A DNA stretch of 64,000 nucleotides, from NCBI GenBank assembly GCA_037447605.1, contig CM074806.1, positions 3,224,001-3,288,000 of the forward strand, in the 5' to 3' direction. This DNA comes from Zygnema circumcarinatum SAG 698-1b. Its lineage: Eukaryota > Plantae > Zygnematophyceae. The first letter of the stretch is position 1, and each line of letters opens with the position of its first letter. A program made the translations under genes and the position numbers. Shown here piece by piece: positions 27,226 through 38,573 of this stretch. The notes under the pieces are model-generated. The model was not told the DNA's origin. It searched no databases and worked only from the letters and a program-made list of their open reading frames with translations.

Positions 27226-29360
27226 ATTTTTTTCGTCGCGCGCGGTTTGATTCCTCAACAAAATTATATTTGAGATTGCCGGATCTTGCGGTCGGCAGCA
27301 GGAGGACACGAAAAGCCAACGCGACTTCAATTTCTGATTTCCGTTGATGGGTTCAAATTTCGGGAACTCAGCTGCGCATCTGTAATCGTGAAACCATTTC
27401 CTGTATATTAAGCCCATTGCTTATGGGTGAAGGACGCACCAGACTTTATCTTTCATTAACCGTTGCGGAGTGGCGGTGGATAGACTGCCACACTGCACTG
27501 TATATTGTGGCATATATAGAGTGTAGACTTCGTTCACTTGTAGTTATTTCATTGTCGAACAGGATACAATTTGGCTGACTTTTTGTTACTAGACAGTTTT
27601 AGCTACAGGTTCATCGTCAGCCCTTTGTCACTCGCGATTGCAATCACTCTGCAAATGTTCTTCTCGAGTCTGGATATGAAATAGATTTATAATCGACTCG
27701 CGTTTCCAATGTGATGTTCTCAACACATCAATGAAACAATGCATTTTTATGCTCATTCGCTTGCCCGTTTCCATGGGTTTTGTACTCTTACAACAAAGAT
27801 GTAATTGATCTGAAGTGAAATTGAGTTGAACGACGGCGCAATCACGGGAAAGGAGTGGGATGAAACAGAGGGGCAGAAAGCATCGGACGACAAAAAGGGA
27901 CTGAATGCAAAAAGGCAGCTTTCGAAAAAGTTGTGCTAACTTGCTGACCTACTTGTTTTGGGGATCCATTCTTTATTACAGAGTAGGGCGTATCAAACTT
28001 AAGAAAAGTTCGTAATACTTTGGTTATCCATAACATATTCTAAACAACGTTAGTAAAACGAAAATTCTTGAGCTTAAGTTTTTCGCACTCGCGCCGAGAT
28101 GCTGTTCTCTCTCCGTGTTCGCCGTCTCCGCAACTTCGCCCGCGCGAGCCCTCCGACCTGCCCGACGGCGGCGGGGCCGTTCCCTGCGCCGACACGAGGG
28201 GGACGGGCGGGCGGGCGGCCATGTAGCAACCATGACGTCACAATGACGCAATCTTCATCATTTTGCTCTGGATGTTGCGGACTGTACGGAAGAGCGTACG
28301 AAAGTTGTACGGATAAAAGTACGTAAACTGTACGGACGAAAGGGGACCGCGCGTGTGAGAGAGTTCAAGAAGGTCTGTGCAGGAAGAGAAGTGTCAGGCG
28401 AAGCGTCGCAAGTGTATTAGCTTCAGGAAACAGGATTCAAAAAGGAATGTTCTAGTTGCATTGACATTGAGTAGAAAAGAAGCGCTGCGCAGAAGCAACG
28501 CAACAGAGGAAGAGAGAAGAATGGATGAAGTGATTTGTAATGAGGCCTCAGATGAAAGAGTACTTATGAGTTATGTGTTGATTTGGTGAGACCATGTGTT
28601 TTGTGTAAATGCATCAAGCTTGAATGTGTTATCTTCCTTCACAATGTGGTATCACAGCTGAGTGACAGAGAGCTGCTTGATAGATCTATTGAGAGAGCAA
28701 GTGAGTAAGCACAGTTTGAAGGAGATTCTGAGTGAGATAAAAAATGAGTAAGCGGAGTGATGAAGGGAAGATATTCTTCGATGGACCTAACTATGCAGCA
28801 TGGGAGATATTCGCCAAAAGCTGCAGAAGAAAAGATGCTGGAAAATTGTTGAAGGTACATCTGCTAAACCAGCGGAAGGACCAGAGTTGGAGAAATGGCA
28901 GGAATTAGATCATGAGGCGAAATATCAGATTGTTAGCCTAGTAAACCAGAAGCAACTTATTCTGCTAGGGGGCAAGGAGACTGCTAAGGAGATGTGGGAT
29001 AAGTTAAAAGAGATTTATTTGAAGAAGTCTATAGCTGTGAGGACACATTCCCTGTGGACATAGTTTATGACTTTAAGTCTTTCAAGGAGAGAGTCAATAG
29101 ATGAGTTTATCTTAAGATTTGAAGTTCTGGTAAGGCAGTATGAGGATGTAAGGGGAACTATCTCCGAGGAACAACACAAGTGAGTCATATAAATACACAG
29201 CAATTTAGTGATGTAAAGATAGTAAAAGCTATTTTAAGGGCAGCAAAATCTGAGCAAAATAATAAACAGAGGATTCAAAAGTTCGTAGGTCATAAGTCTC
29301 AAACCAGTGAGGCCTTCCACAGTCAAAGCGGAGATGCAGATGGAGGAGAACAAGTGGAAG

Positions 29361-30023
29361 TGTAACAACCCACCCCCTGGCAGGCTGCTCTGAACGTCTA
29401 AGTGTCAAAGAGAGGAGGAGAGAGAGAGAGGAGGGTAAGCTCAACGCTGGTACAAAGAGCTCGGATGGTCTCCCACCCGTGCGCAGTCCCCTTAAGCTCC
29501 CCCCGTTGAACCCCCTACCAGCATGGAGGACCGAGAGCGGGACTGCCCAATCAGAGCCCGCCGCGTGGCGGAGATCCTTAGCCGAGTTATCGGCTAAGGA
29601 CAAGCCCGTGGTCTCGCCGNNNNNNNNNNCACGGGGCGCGTCGCAACGCGGCGCGCCGTCGTGCAGCGGCGCACGGCTAAGTCTGACAGAGTCAGACCTG
29701 TCAGCCCGTCCGTACAGTACGGACGGTACTTGTCAAAAGATGCCGCCGCATCTCGCAGGCCGCGCCGCCGAGCGGCGCGCCGACGTGCGGCGGCGCGCGG
29801 CTGGATCTCTGGCCGCGGGATCCGTAGTTCGGTTCGGCCGTACAATCTGTACGGTCGACCAGTATGATCCAAAAGAGATCTCTTGCCCGCAACAAGGATC
29901 AAGCCCAAGACCTCTTGCGGTCTTGGCAGCGTCCTAACCTATCTGCTAGGCGCTGAGATGAAGGGATAGTCATAGTACCACTATGAGTACGCCTCCAGGG
30001 TCACGCTGTAGCGTTACGCTACA
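29361..30023. mobile_element. LTR-type insertion in Copia gag
   Basis: Begins TGTAACAACCC and ends GCTACA. Flanks GGAAG/GGAAA (5-bp TSD with one mismatch). Gag sequence resumes after it. Contains an N gap at 29620-29629. Confidence 0.65.
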
Positions 30024-30069
30024 GGAAACCTATGCAACCAACTACAGAGGCAGAGGTCGTGGAGTAAGA

Positions 30070-30206
30070 TGTAGCGAAATAAACCACTTACCACAACAGG
30101 GTTTGAACTCAGGACCTCCCGGTAACCACCTCAATGCTTTACCATTAAAAAGCAACCGCGGATATAAGTACTAGGCCATACAACCCATCTATAGCGTTTC
30201 ATTATA
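30070..30206 (-). mobile_element. 137-bp solo LTR of the tRNA-containing TRIM
   Basis: Matches 34079-34196 and 34390-34461. Starts TGTAGCGAAAT; the end is decayed (tttcattata vs tttcgctaca). Flanked by AAGA on both sides. Confidence 0.8.
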
Positions 30207-30685
30207 AAGAGGGGGTGCTTTCCTTGGAGGTTCATCAATTGGAAGAGGATGCACACAACAAGCCCAATAAGCATCATGTTACAATTGTGGAAAACTTGGA
30301 CATCTTGCCAAGGATTGCTGGAGTAGTTCAAGGAGTTCTGTAGCAGGAAATGGTGCAGCTAGCGGAAGAGAAGTTTGGAGAGGCACTAGTGGACAGAATG
30401 AAGACACAAGAGGAGAAAGATGTTTTGTTTGTGGAAAGCTAGGTCATCTGGTTCGGGATTGCTTTCATAAACCATAAGGTAGAGGAAGAGGTGGCTATGG
30501 AAGAAAGGGTGGCATTAGAGAACTTGTAGCCTCAGTGAGAAATCTTCAAGGAGGTGCAGAGGATGATGAAGAGTAAGCCTGAGGAGAAGGAGCAACGAGC
30601 AGATTGGATTGGATAGTGGACAGTGGCGCATCACATCATATTTGTGCCAATAAAGATGAATTTGTAGAGATGAGAAAGTTGGTAG

Positions 30686-31558
30686 TGTTGGTAATTCCAT
30701 GGTGGAACCACCCTCGACAGAGTCACCTCCACTCGGCTTTTCAGTCATAGACAACTTCAATGCAGCTGTTCACGAAAGGAAAGCTCAAGACAGATGTAAG
30801 ACGAGAGACGTCAAAGTAGAAAAAGCCCTACCGGGCATAAAACTTTGATTTTCTTTGGAGGTGAAGTATAACAGATTCAAGCAGCCCCGGACTGCTTAAT
30901 GCAGCTTGCACTACTCTACTTCCTATTTTCCCAAGAATCACGACACAGTTTCCCCTTAACTACAGGCTCCACCTCAGCTCGCTACACACCCTCATTGGCA
31001 TGTAGTACGAGGTTAAACACTCTAAAGAATGTTGTTTGCTATATACTTCCTATGGCTATGCTTCATGACAGCGTCTTGTTGACTGGCTTGTCATGCCCGC
31101 CCTGAGCGAGTGCATGCAATCCGTAGCCAGCTGCGTGTTCAGCAGCCAGCACGTCTAGGGACCCGGTCCCCTTTGTGGTTGACCGCATCGGAGGCCCATC
31201 AGAAGTGGTGAGTTTGTGCGCTCATACAGTTCCTGAACTTAGCGGCTCGCGCACCCTCTCTTGTCCATGTCTGTACATCTCTGAGACTTAGCGTCTCACG
31301 CGCCCGCTCGCGTGCCTGCATTTGTATGACTAAAAGTGTCGTCCGCGTGATGTATCGTCACGTCGCCCCACGTGCGCCAATATTCTGTTTCATCACGTCA
31401 CGGTCCCAGAACTTATCGCATCACATTAGTCGCGCGACCAGCCTTGTCGCTTCATGTTCACGTCTAGTTCATTATCCGCTAGAGACTATGCGCCAAACGT
31501 TGTACGGCCTCTAGTCCCGTACAACAGGTAGTTCCAAAGATTCTTCGGATAACCAATA
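30686..31558. mobile_element. Probable solo-LTR-like insertion in the Copia protease region
   Basis: Non-Copia sequence bounded by TGTTGG...CCAATA. Pol-like coding resumes at ~31560. No TSD recognised. Confidence 0.45.
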
Positions 31559-34078
31559 GAGGAGAGGAGATCGTGGATAAAGTTAGCACGGTGAAGTTGA
31601 ATTTGATGGTGAGACCACAACAAGAGGAGGTTCTCGTTTCAGAGGTCATGTATGCTCCAAGCCTTGAAAAGAACCTAATGTTAGTGAAGCAGCTTACCAG
31701 AAATGGCCTCAATGTTAATTTCTTTGGAGATAGATGCACAATAAGAAGGCCAAATGGGCACTTGGCTTTGGAGGCATACAATGATGGCAATATGTATAGA
31801 GTGAGATGTGCAAGAGGCAAAAAAAGAAGAAACTTTATAGAGTCACATGTGTTAAGAGCATATATGGCAGATGCTGATTTATGGCATAGGAGGTTAGGCC
31901 ACCTCTGTTGGAGATCATTAGTAGCCATGAGTGAGAAGGAGAGGTGACAGGTTTGGAGACTTTGAAAAGTAAAGAAATGCAGCATAGTTGCAAAGGCTGT
32001 GAAAAAGGGAAGCTGAAACAGAAAGCATTAAAGAGGTTGGATGAGACCATTCAAACAAGCAAATGTTTGGAGCTTGTGCACATGGATGTGTGTGCATCAG
32101 ATGTTGAGAGCATTGGAGGAAATCACTATTTCCTCACCATTGTTGATGACTACTGCAAGAAGGTTTGGGTGCGGGTGATCTCGCACAACCATGAAGTTTT
32201 TAGAGCTTTTGTGGGATGGAAAACTATGGTTGAGAGAGAGAGTAGAGAATTAGTGAAGAAGATTAAGACTGACAATGGGGGCGAATTCAAGAACATGAGC
32301 TTTGAACAGATGTGTGCAGAGACAAGTATAAGGCAGGCGTTCACTGCCCCTTATACACCGCAGCAAAATGGAGTTGCAGAGAGGATGAACAAGTCACTGA
32401 TGGACATTGCAAGGTATAACTTGGTGGAGAGCAACCTTCCAAAAAAACTTTGGGCTGAAGCAGTTACTACAGTAGCCTACAGACTCAAGAAAGGTGGGCA
32501 AGGTCAAAGCCCAATGTTTCTCATCTTAGAGTTTAGGGGAATAGGTGTACTGTTTGGATCCCTCAACACTGGAAGATGGCAGCTAGAGGTAGAACAGGCT
32601 TTATGGTTGGATACAGCCATGACAGTTACCAGTATAGGATTTATGATCCTCAAATGCAGCAGGTTATTACCAGCAAGAATGTGTAATTTTATGAGGATGA
32701 GTGTATTCAAAAGGAGGACACGCAGCAGCCAAGGGTTGTTCATCATCAATCAGCAGCTGATAGTGATGAGGAGGGCACAGATAGAGAGTGATGATGAAGA
32801 GACACCAAGGAAGGCAACTCAGAAGGAGACAAGACAAATGGAGACAGCGCAAGAGGAGCAGCCTCAAAGGGAGACAAGAGGAGATTCAAGCACACCAGGA
32901 GGAGATCAAGGAGACCAAAGAAGCCAATAGTGAAGCTGATATCAAACAAAATTGGAGAACTGCATATGACTGAGGAGAGAAAAGGTGGGAGACACCGACT
33001 CTCAATTAGAACAATTTACTGCAATCAGGTGGTAATTGGAGAACAACAGAGTTATCAGGAAGCCTTAGAAGGTGAAGATGCAGATAAGTGGAAAGGAGCA
33101 ATAGATAATGAGTGGAATAGCTTGCTGGAGAACAAGACTTGGACCTTGAGGAGTTGCCAGAAGGTAGGATGGCAATTAGCGCTAAGTGGGTGTTCAAGAA
33201 AAAGCTGAAGGCAAATGGAAGCATTAAAAGGTACAAGTCTGGACTAGTTGCAAAGGGGTATAATCAGATTGAAGGAATAGATTTTACAAAGACATTTGCT
33301 CCAATAGTGAAGATAGAGAGTTTGAGGAGCATTTTAGCTATTGCAGTTGAGAAGGGATGGCATATTCATCAGATGGATGTGAAGAAAACATTTTTGAATG
33401 GAGAACTAAAGGAAGAGATTTTCATGGAGCAGCCAAAAGAAAAGGTGGAGCTAGGAAAGGAGAATTTAGTTTGCAGGTTGAAAAAGTTTATCTATGGATT
33501 GAAGCAGGCCCCAAGGCTTTGGTATGAGAAGCTTCATCAAGTGTTGTTGAAGGAGAAGTGTGAAAAATTTGATTTTGATCATTCACTTTATAGTAGAGGA
33601 CTTGGTGAGAGGATGGTAGTTATTGAAATGTATGTCAATGATTTGGTCATTGCTGGACCAAGCTTACAGGAAATTCAGAAGTTGAAGAAGACTTTGATGA
33701 AACACTTCAAAATGTCTGATTTGGGGGAAGCAGAATATATTCTCGGCATCCAAATTCAGAGGGGGACAAATGGATCTATCTTTATGAATCAGAGGAAGTA
33801 TATTGGAGAGATCTTAGAGAAATTCAAAATGAAGGATGCTAAGCTAGTGAGTACCCCTCTAGATGTGAATGTAAAGTTAACAGGTGAAATGTGTCCCAAG
33901 ACAGAGAGAGAAAAGGAGTATATGAAAGGAGTCCCATATAGATCAGCAGTAGGAAGTCTGATGTATCTTATGACTTTCACTAGACCAAATCTTGCAGCGG
34001 CTATAGGTATGTTGAGTAGGTTTCTGAACGATCTAGGAAAAGCGCATTGGGAAGCAGTGAAGAGTGTAACAAACTACC

Positions 34079-34461
34079 TGTCGCAATAGGGTTTGAACTC
34101 AAGACCTCCCCATAATGACCTTAGTGCTTTACCATTAAAAGGCAACCGCGGATGTAAGTACTAAGCCATACAACCCATGTATAGCATTTCGCTACATTCC
34201 TCCCCACCTAAACTGAGCTTGTCCTTGAGCGCACTCAAGGGTTTTCACGAGCAGCATTCAAGCTCCTTCAACATACGGACTACAACCTTAGCCCCTCAGG
34301 CCACTAAGGGTCACCCCCCGTACCATGCTCGGGGATCATGGTGTTTTTAGGGTGGATTGCAAATACCAGTCCTTAGGCTTTGATACCAATGTAACAACCC
34401 ACATACCACAGTAGGGTTTGAACTCAGGACCTCCCGGTAACCACCTCAGTGCTTTACCATT
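34079..34461 (-). mobile_element. TRIM (miniature LTR retrotransposon) with tRNA-like sequence in its LTRs
   Basis: On the minus strand: 5' LTR (34390 to at least 34461, cut by Harbinger), PBS TGGTATCA (34381-34388), ~190 bp non-coding interior, PPT AGGTGGGGAGGAA (34197-34209), 3' LTR 34079-34196 with TG...CA ends. Confidence 0.85.
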
Positions 34462-35120
34462 AGGGGGTCTCAGACTTAAAAAACGATTACCAATTACCAA
34501 GCTGTACGATTACCAAGTTTTCGAGTCAACTNNNNNNNNNNCTAAACTTGAAGAAGAGTTCTCAGTACTTACTTTACCATAGTTTATATATGGACGAAAG
34601 TAGCTTTCGGCAAACCTTTCGTACCAGTACAACTGCATTTGCACAACTTGTAAAATTAGTTGAAAAAGATAAAGTTTTTAAAAATGGTAGTAGGTGTCCT
34701 CAAACTGCTGTACATTATCAAGTAGCTATAGCATTATATAGATTAGGACATAACGGGAATGGGGCAAGTCACGGGGAGATAGCCCGATTGTTTGGGATTG
34801 GAGAAGGGACTACATTTTTGTTCACAAAGCGAGTTGTAAAGGCACTTAGATCTCTTTCAAAAGAATGGGTTGTGTGGCCAAATGCTTGCAGAAGACAAGA
34901 AATATCAAAGACTTTAGAAAAAGAAGGATTTCCAGGCTGTGTTGGGTTTATAGATGGGACGGTTTTACCTTTATCACAACGGCCAGGGGAAGATGGGGAA
35001 GTTTATTTCGACAGAAAATGTCGATACTCACTTAACATGCAAGTTATTTGTGATATGGATAAGCGTATCATAGGGTTTCAAGTTGGTTACGCTGGTTCAT
35101 GTGCAGATTCTTATGTCTTT
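34462..35120 (+). mobile_element. PIF/Harbinger transposon: left TIR plus 5' part of the DDE transposase
   Basis: ATT|AGGGGGTCTCAGACTTAA at 34459-34479. The ORF from 34548 has VAIALYRLG, FGIGEGT, FPGCVGFIDGT, YFDRKCRYSLNMQVICD and GSCADS, typical of DDE_Tnp_4/HARBI1. TIR and ORF are separated by an N gap (34532-34541), and the ORF ends at the gap at 35121. Confidence 0.85.
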
Positions 35121-35130
35121 NNNNNNNNNN

Positions 35131-35792
35131 ATGGGGTCATCCTCCCCGTTGTGGGGGATACCCCACCCGATACACCTGCGGGTGGGACGGGCCCGGTGGC
35201 CTTGACCCCGCAGGCGATGGCACCACCCCCTGACTGGGGTTTGCGCAACCGCGCCAAGGTCCCACCCATTTCATTGTGGGGTGAGCGACCAGCTACCGAC
35301 TGCCCGTTTGAGCAGTGGGTCAGCCAGACCGAGGGTTACCTTTACGCGACCCGCTGTCCACCGGAGGAGTGGGTGAACTATGCGTACCCCTCTCTCCGTG
35401 GACAGGCTTTCAGCGTGTTCACCAACCTTCGGGCCAGTATCAATGGCAGTTGGGCTCGGTTTGCAATCGAGATGAACAAGCACTTTGGCGTGCTCGACCC
35501 CAGCTTGGAGGGTCGCCGGAAGTACGCCACTTTGGCGCAGACAGGCAGCGTGCTTCAGTTTCTCCGCGACTGCCGAGACACGGTGTCCACGATTACTCGT
35601 AACACCCCCTCCGAGGTTGAACAGTTCTACAGGTTCTCCATGGGGTTGAAACCTCACATTGCTAACCAACTGTTGCTCAACCCCGCTACTTCTAAGCCCT
35701 GGGTGGCTGCGGACGCAGATCTGTTTTATGCGGCCGCTGTGAACGCGGTGTTGAAGCAGGGGTTTGCTCCCCACTTCCGGCGCCACCTTGGG
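35131..35792 (+). mobile_element. Ty3/Gypsy-type gag fragment
   Basis: FEQWVSQTEGYL...W.NYAYPSLRGQA...W..F...M...F...LAQTGSV..F...FYRFSMGLKPHI resembles Retrotrans_gag. It lies between an N gap and a downstream LTR. Confidence 0.7.
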
Positions 35793-37052
35793 TGTCGCCC
35801 TCCATTGGAACTTGAGTTCCCACGGATGAAGACATTCAAACACTCAAAGCTCTATCTTACTTCACCCATCGCCTATAACAAATGTAATGAAGCTACAAAG
35901 AGCGCCGAAATCACAATGAGAGAGTGTTAGAGAAAGCTCACGGCTCTAAAACTCCTTATAATAAAACCTGCCTTCCCACAATGAGTTCTCCCACTACTCA
36001 AGGTCCCTCTCACTCACTCACCTCACTTCCACACACAAGTAGGCGCCCCAGCGTTACCAGCAGTACTGCACAAGACCCCAGATCACACAAAGTAGTGTGG
36101 GTGGGTTACTTCCCATAATAAAACTATGCATCTATAGTGTAATATGAGTGGCCCTCGACGCGACACAATATGTCACGCCGCGCCCGCCATTGCAAAACTC
36201 CATGCACCGAAATCAGTGGGCGCATCAGACATGGTCAAGAAGGGGCCTGTAAATCCCACGCTAGCCGCCACCTAGTTCTTTTGCCTGCTCGTGACACCTT
36301 CGTCCGCATAAAGACGCCAAGCTTCGCTACCGCTTCCTTCCTGGCAGCTTCGCCTGGCCGACACCTCGCCGTATTAATTCAACTCGCTGGACCTACATTG
36401 CGCAGTGGGTCCACGTGGCGCATTCCGTTCGGGCCAGCCAAATATCTTTCTATGTCGCTTCAAGGCCAAGTAACTTTTGCGCTCATGTTTTCAGCGACCA
36501 ATCAAAGTTAAGGTGTGACTAACTGCCGTCAGCTGGCCGACCAACTCAAAGTTAAGGCCCCGCTCTCCTCACAAGACACGCTACCGCCAGCCCAATCACC
36601 GCCGCCAAGCTCAGACTCACACTCACAAGACTCACCGAAACCGAGTAATCCCATATTCTAAATCTAAGAGCACTCACGCCACATCTCATGTTCTACAATC
36701 TGTGTACCACAACAAGTTAGTGTGTGCCATACAATGTCTAACTATCATACACTAACACTAACAATCCCCCTCTTGGGACTCAGTTCCTCATGGGCCCTAG
36801 CCCAATCAATCTGCTGTTCACTAGTAGTGTCTCCCCACTGACCCCCTTGGTCAACATGTCTCAGCCGCTCTTTTGTTCCGCTAAACTTCACCACTATCAT
36901 CCCTTCCTCTGCTTCAACTCTCGCACATAATGATATTGCACCCTAATGTGCTTGGTTCTCTTATGAAACATGTGGTTCTCCATGAGGGCTATAGATGATC
37001 AAGGTCTTAAAGAGTTTACGGTGTTTTGTGGTTGCTACATTCATCAAAGAAA
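35793..37052 (-). mobile_element. 3' end of a second Copia element (RNase H end, PPT, LTR)
   Basis: The minus strand near 36800-36990 reads FHKRTKHIRVQYHYVREL...DMLTK. PPT AAGAGGGGGAT at 36764-36774 abuts TGTTAG at 36763. The far LTR end, TGTCGC at 35793, is tentative. Confidence 0.7.
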
Positions 37053-37152
37053 NNNNNNNNNNNNNNNNNNNNNNNNNNNNNNNNNNNNNNNNNNNNNNNN
37101 NNNNNNNNNNNNNNNNNNNNNNNNNNNNNNNNNNNNNNNNNNNNNNNNNNNN

Positions 37153-37431
37153 AAATGGAGAGGAAGAGGTAGAGGGAAGAAGAGAGGGATAGGGAGAAGG
37201 TGAGGCAGTTAGAGATGGAGAGGAAGAGGCAAAGGGAAGTAGAGAGGGATAGGGAGAGGGTGAGGCAGTGGGAGATGGAGAGGGAGAGGCACTGGTAGTG
37301 GGAGACGGAGAGGGAGAGGGAGAGGCAGCGGGAGATGGAGAGAGAGAGGCAGTGGGAGAGGGAGTGGGATAGGGAGAGGGAGAGGCAGTGGGAAATGGAG
37401 AGGAAGAGGTAGAGGGAAGAAGAGAGGGATA
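37153..37431. repeat. Degenerate purine-rich minisatellite (ggagagggagaggcagtgggagat-type units)
   Basis: Visible repeats between two N gaps. Confidence 0.8.
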
Positions 37432-38573
37432 NNNNNNNNNNGCGTGTTGCATTTGCGCATCGTATGCGTGTGTTGCATGAACGACGTCACCGGCGTCGCA
37501 CGTGCATTTGCACTAGTTTGCCCACCGAACGCGGCGGGCCCGCTAGATATCTCTAGCGTTGACACACAACAGCGATCCAGCCACGTGGCGAACCGCCACG
37601 GGCTAGCAAAAGCCACGCGGCGTCTCGCCACTGGCCAGCCCTGCTTCCAGTCCCTCACGCCGGTAGAAGGTTTGACGGGGGAAGCGTATAGGGGCACGGG
37701 GAGAGTGCAATGGCATTCAACCCAGAAACCGGCATTATACTCACTGCTTCCCCACTCCCACTCACCCTCACACTCACACGGGTGCTCCCCTGAGCCCCCC
37801 GTTACAGTGTGGCATTGAGCAGTGCAGAGGCAGAGTACATGGCGGCTTGTCATGCAGCAAAAGAAGCTAAGTGGTTGCAACAATTGTTTGCAGAGTTGAA
37901 GAAATCGCAGCTAAAGTTATTGATGTGGAGTGATAGTCAGAGTTGCATTGCATTAGTTAAGAATCCAGTTTATCACAAGAGGACAAAGCATATAGATTCG
38001 AAGTATCATTTCATTTGTGAGTTAGTGACCAAGAAAGAGATTAAGCTGAAGTATGTTCACACTACAGAGCAAGCAGTTGATATGATGACTAAGGCAGGGA
38101 CAAGACCAATGATTGGTAGATGTTGCAGACTTGTAGGATTGATGAGTGCTTGAGTTGTTCAACCCTTGCATCAAGAGGGGGAATTGTGATAGATGATGAT
38201 GCTGCGGGGTTGTACGGACGAGTGTACAGAAGTTGTACAGATAAAAGTATGAAAATGTACAGACGAAAGGGGACCGCACGTGTGAGAGAGTTCAAGAAGG
38301 TTTGTGCAGGAAGAGAAGTGTCAGGTGAAGCATCGCAAGTGTATGAGCTTCAAGAAACAGGATTTAGAAAGGAATGTTCTAGTTGCATTGACAGTGAGTA
38401 GAAAAGAAGTGCCGCGCAGAAGCAAAGCAACAAAGGAAGAGAGAAGAAAGGATGAAGTGATTTGTAATGAGGCCTCAGATGAAATAAAGAGTACTTATGA
38501 GTTATGTGCTGATCTTGTGAGACCATGTGTTTTGTGTAAATGCATCAAGCTTGAATGTGTTATCTTCCTTCAC

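Noticed and set aside
30085-30165. tRNA-like fold as a true tRNA gene
   Set aside because: The anticodon and T stems do not pair properly and the sequence lies within an LTR. It is reported as a TRIM component instead.
34548-35930. 460-aa ORF as a transposase-gag fusion
   Set aside because: The join falls exactly on the N gap at 35121-35130, so the ORF caller simply read through Ns.
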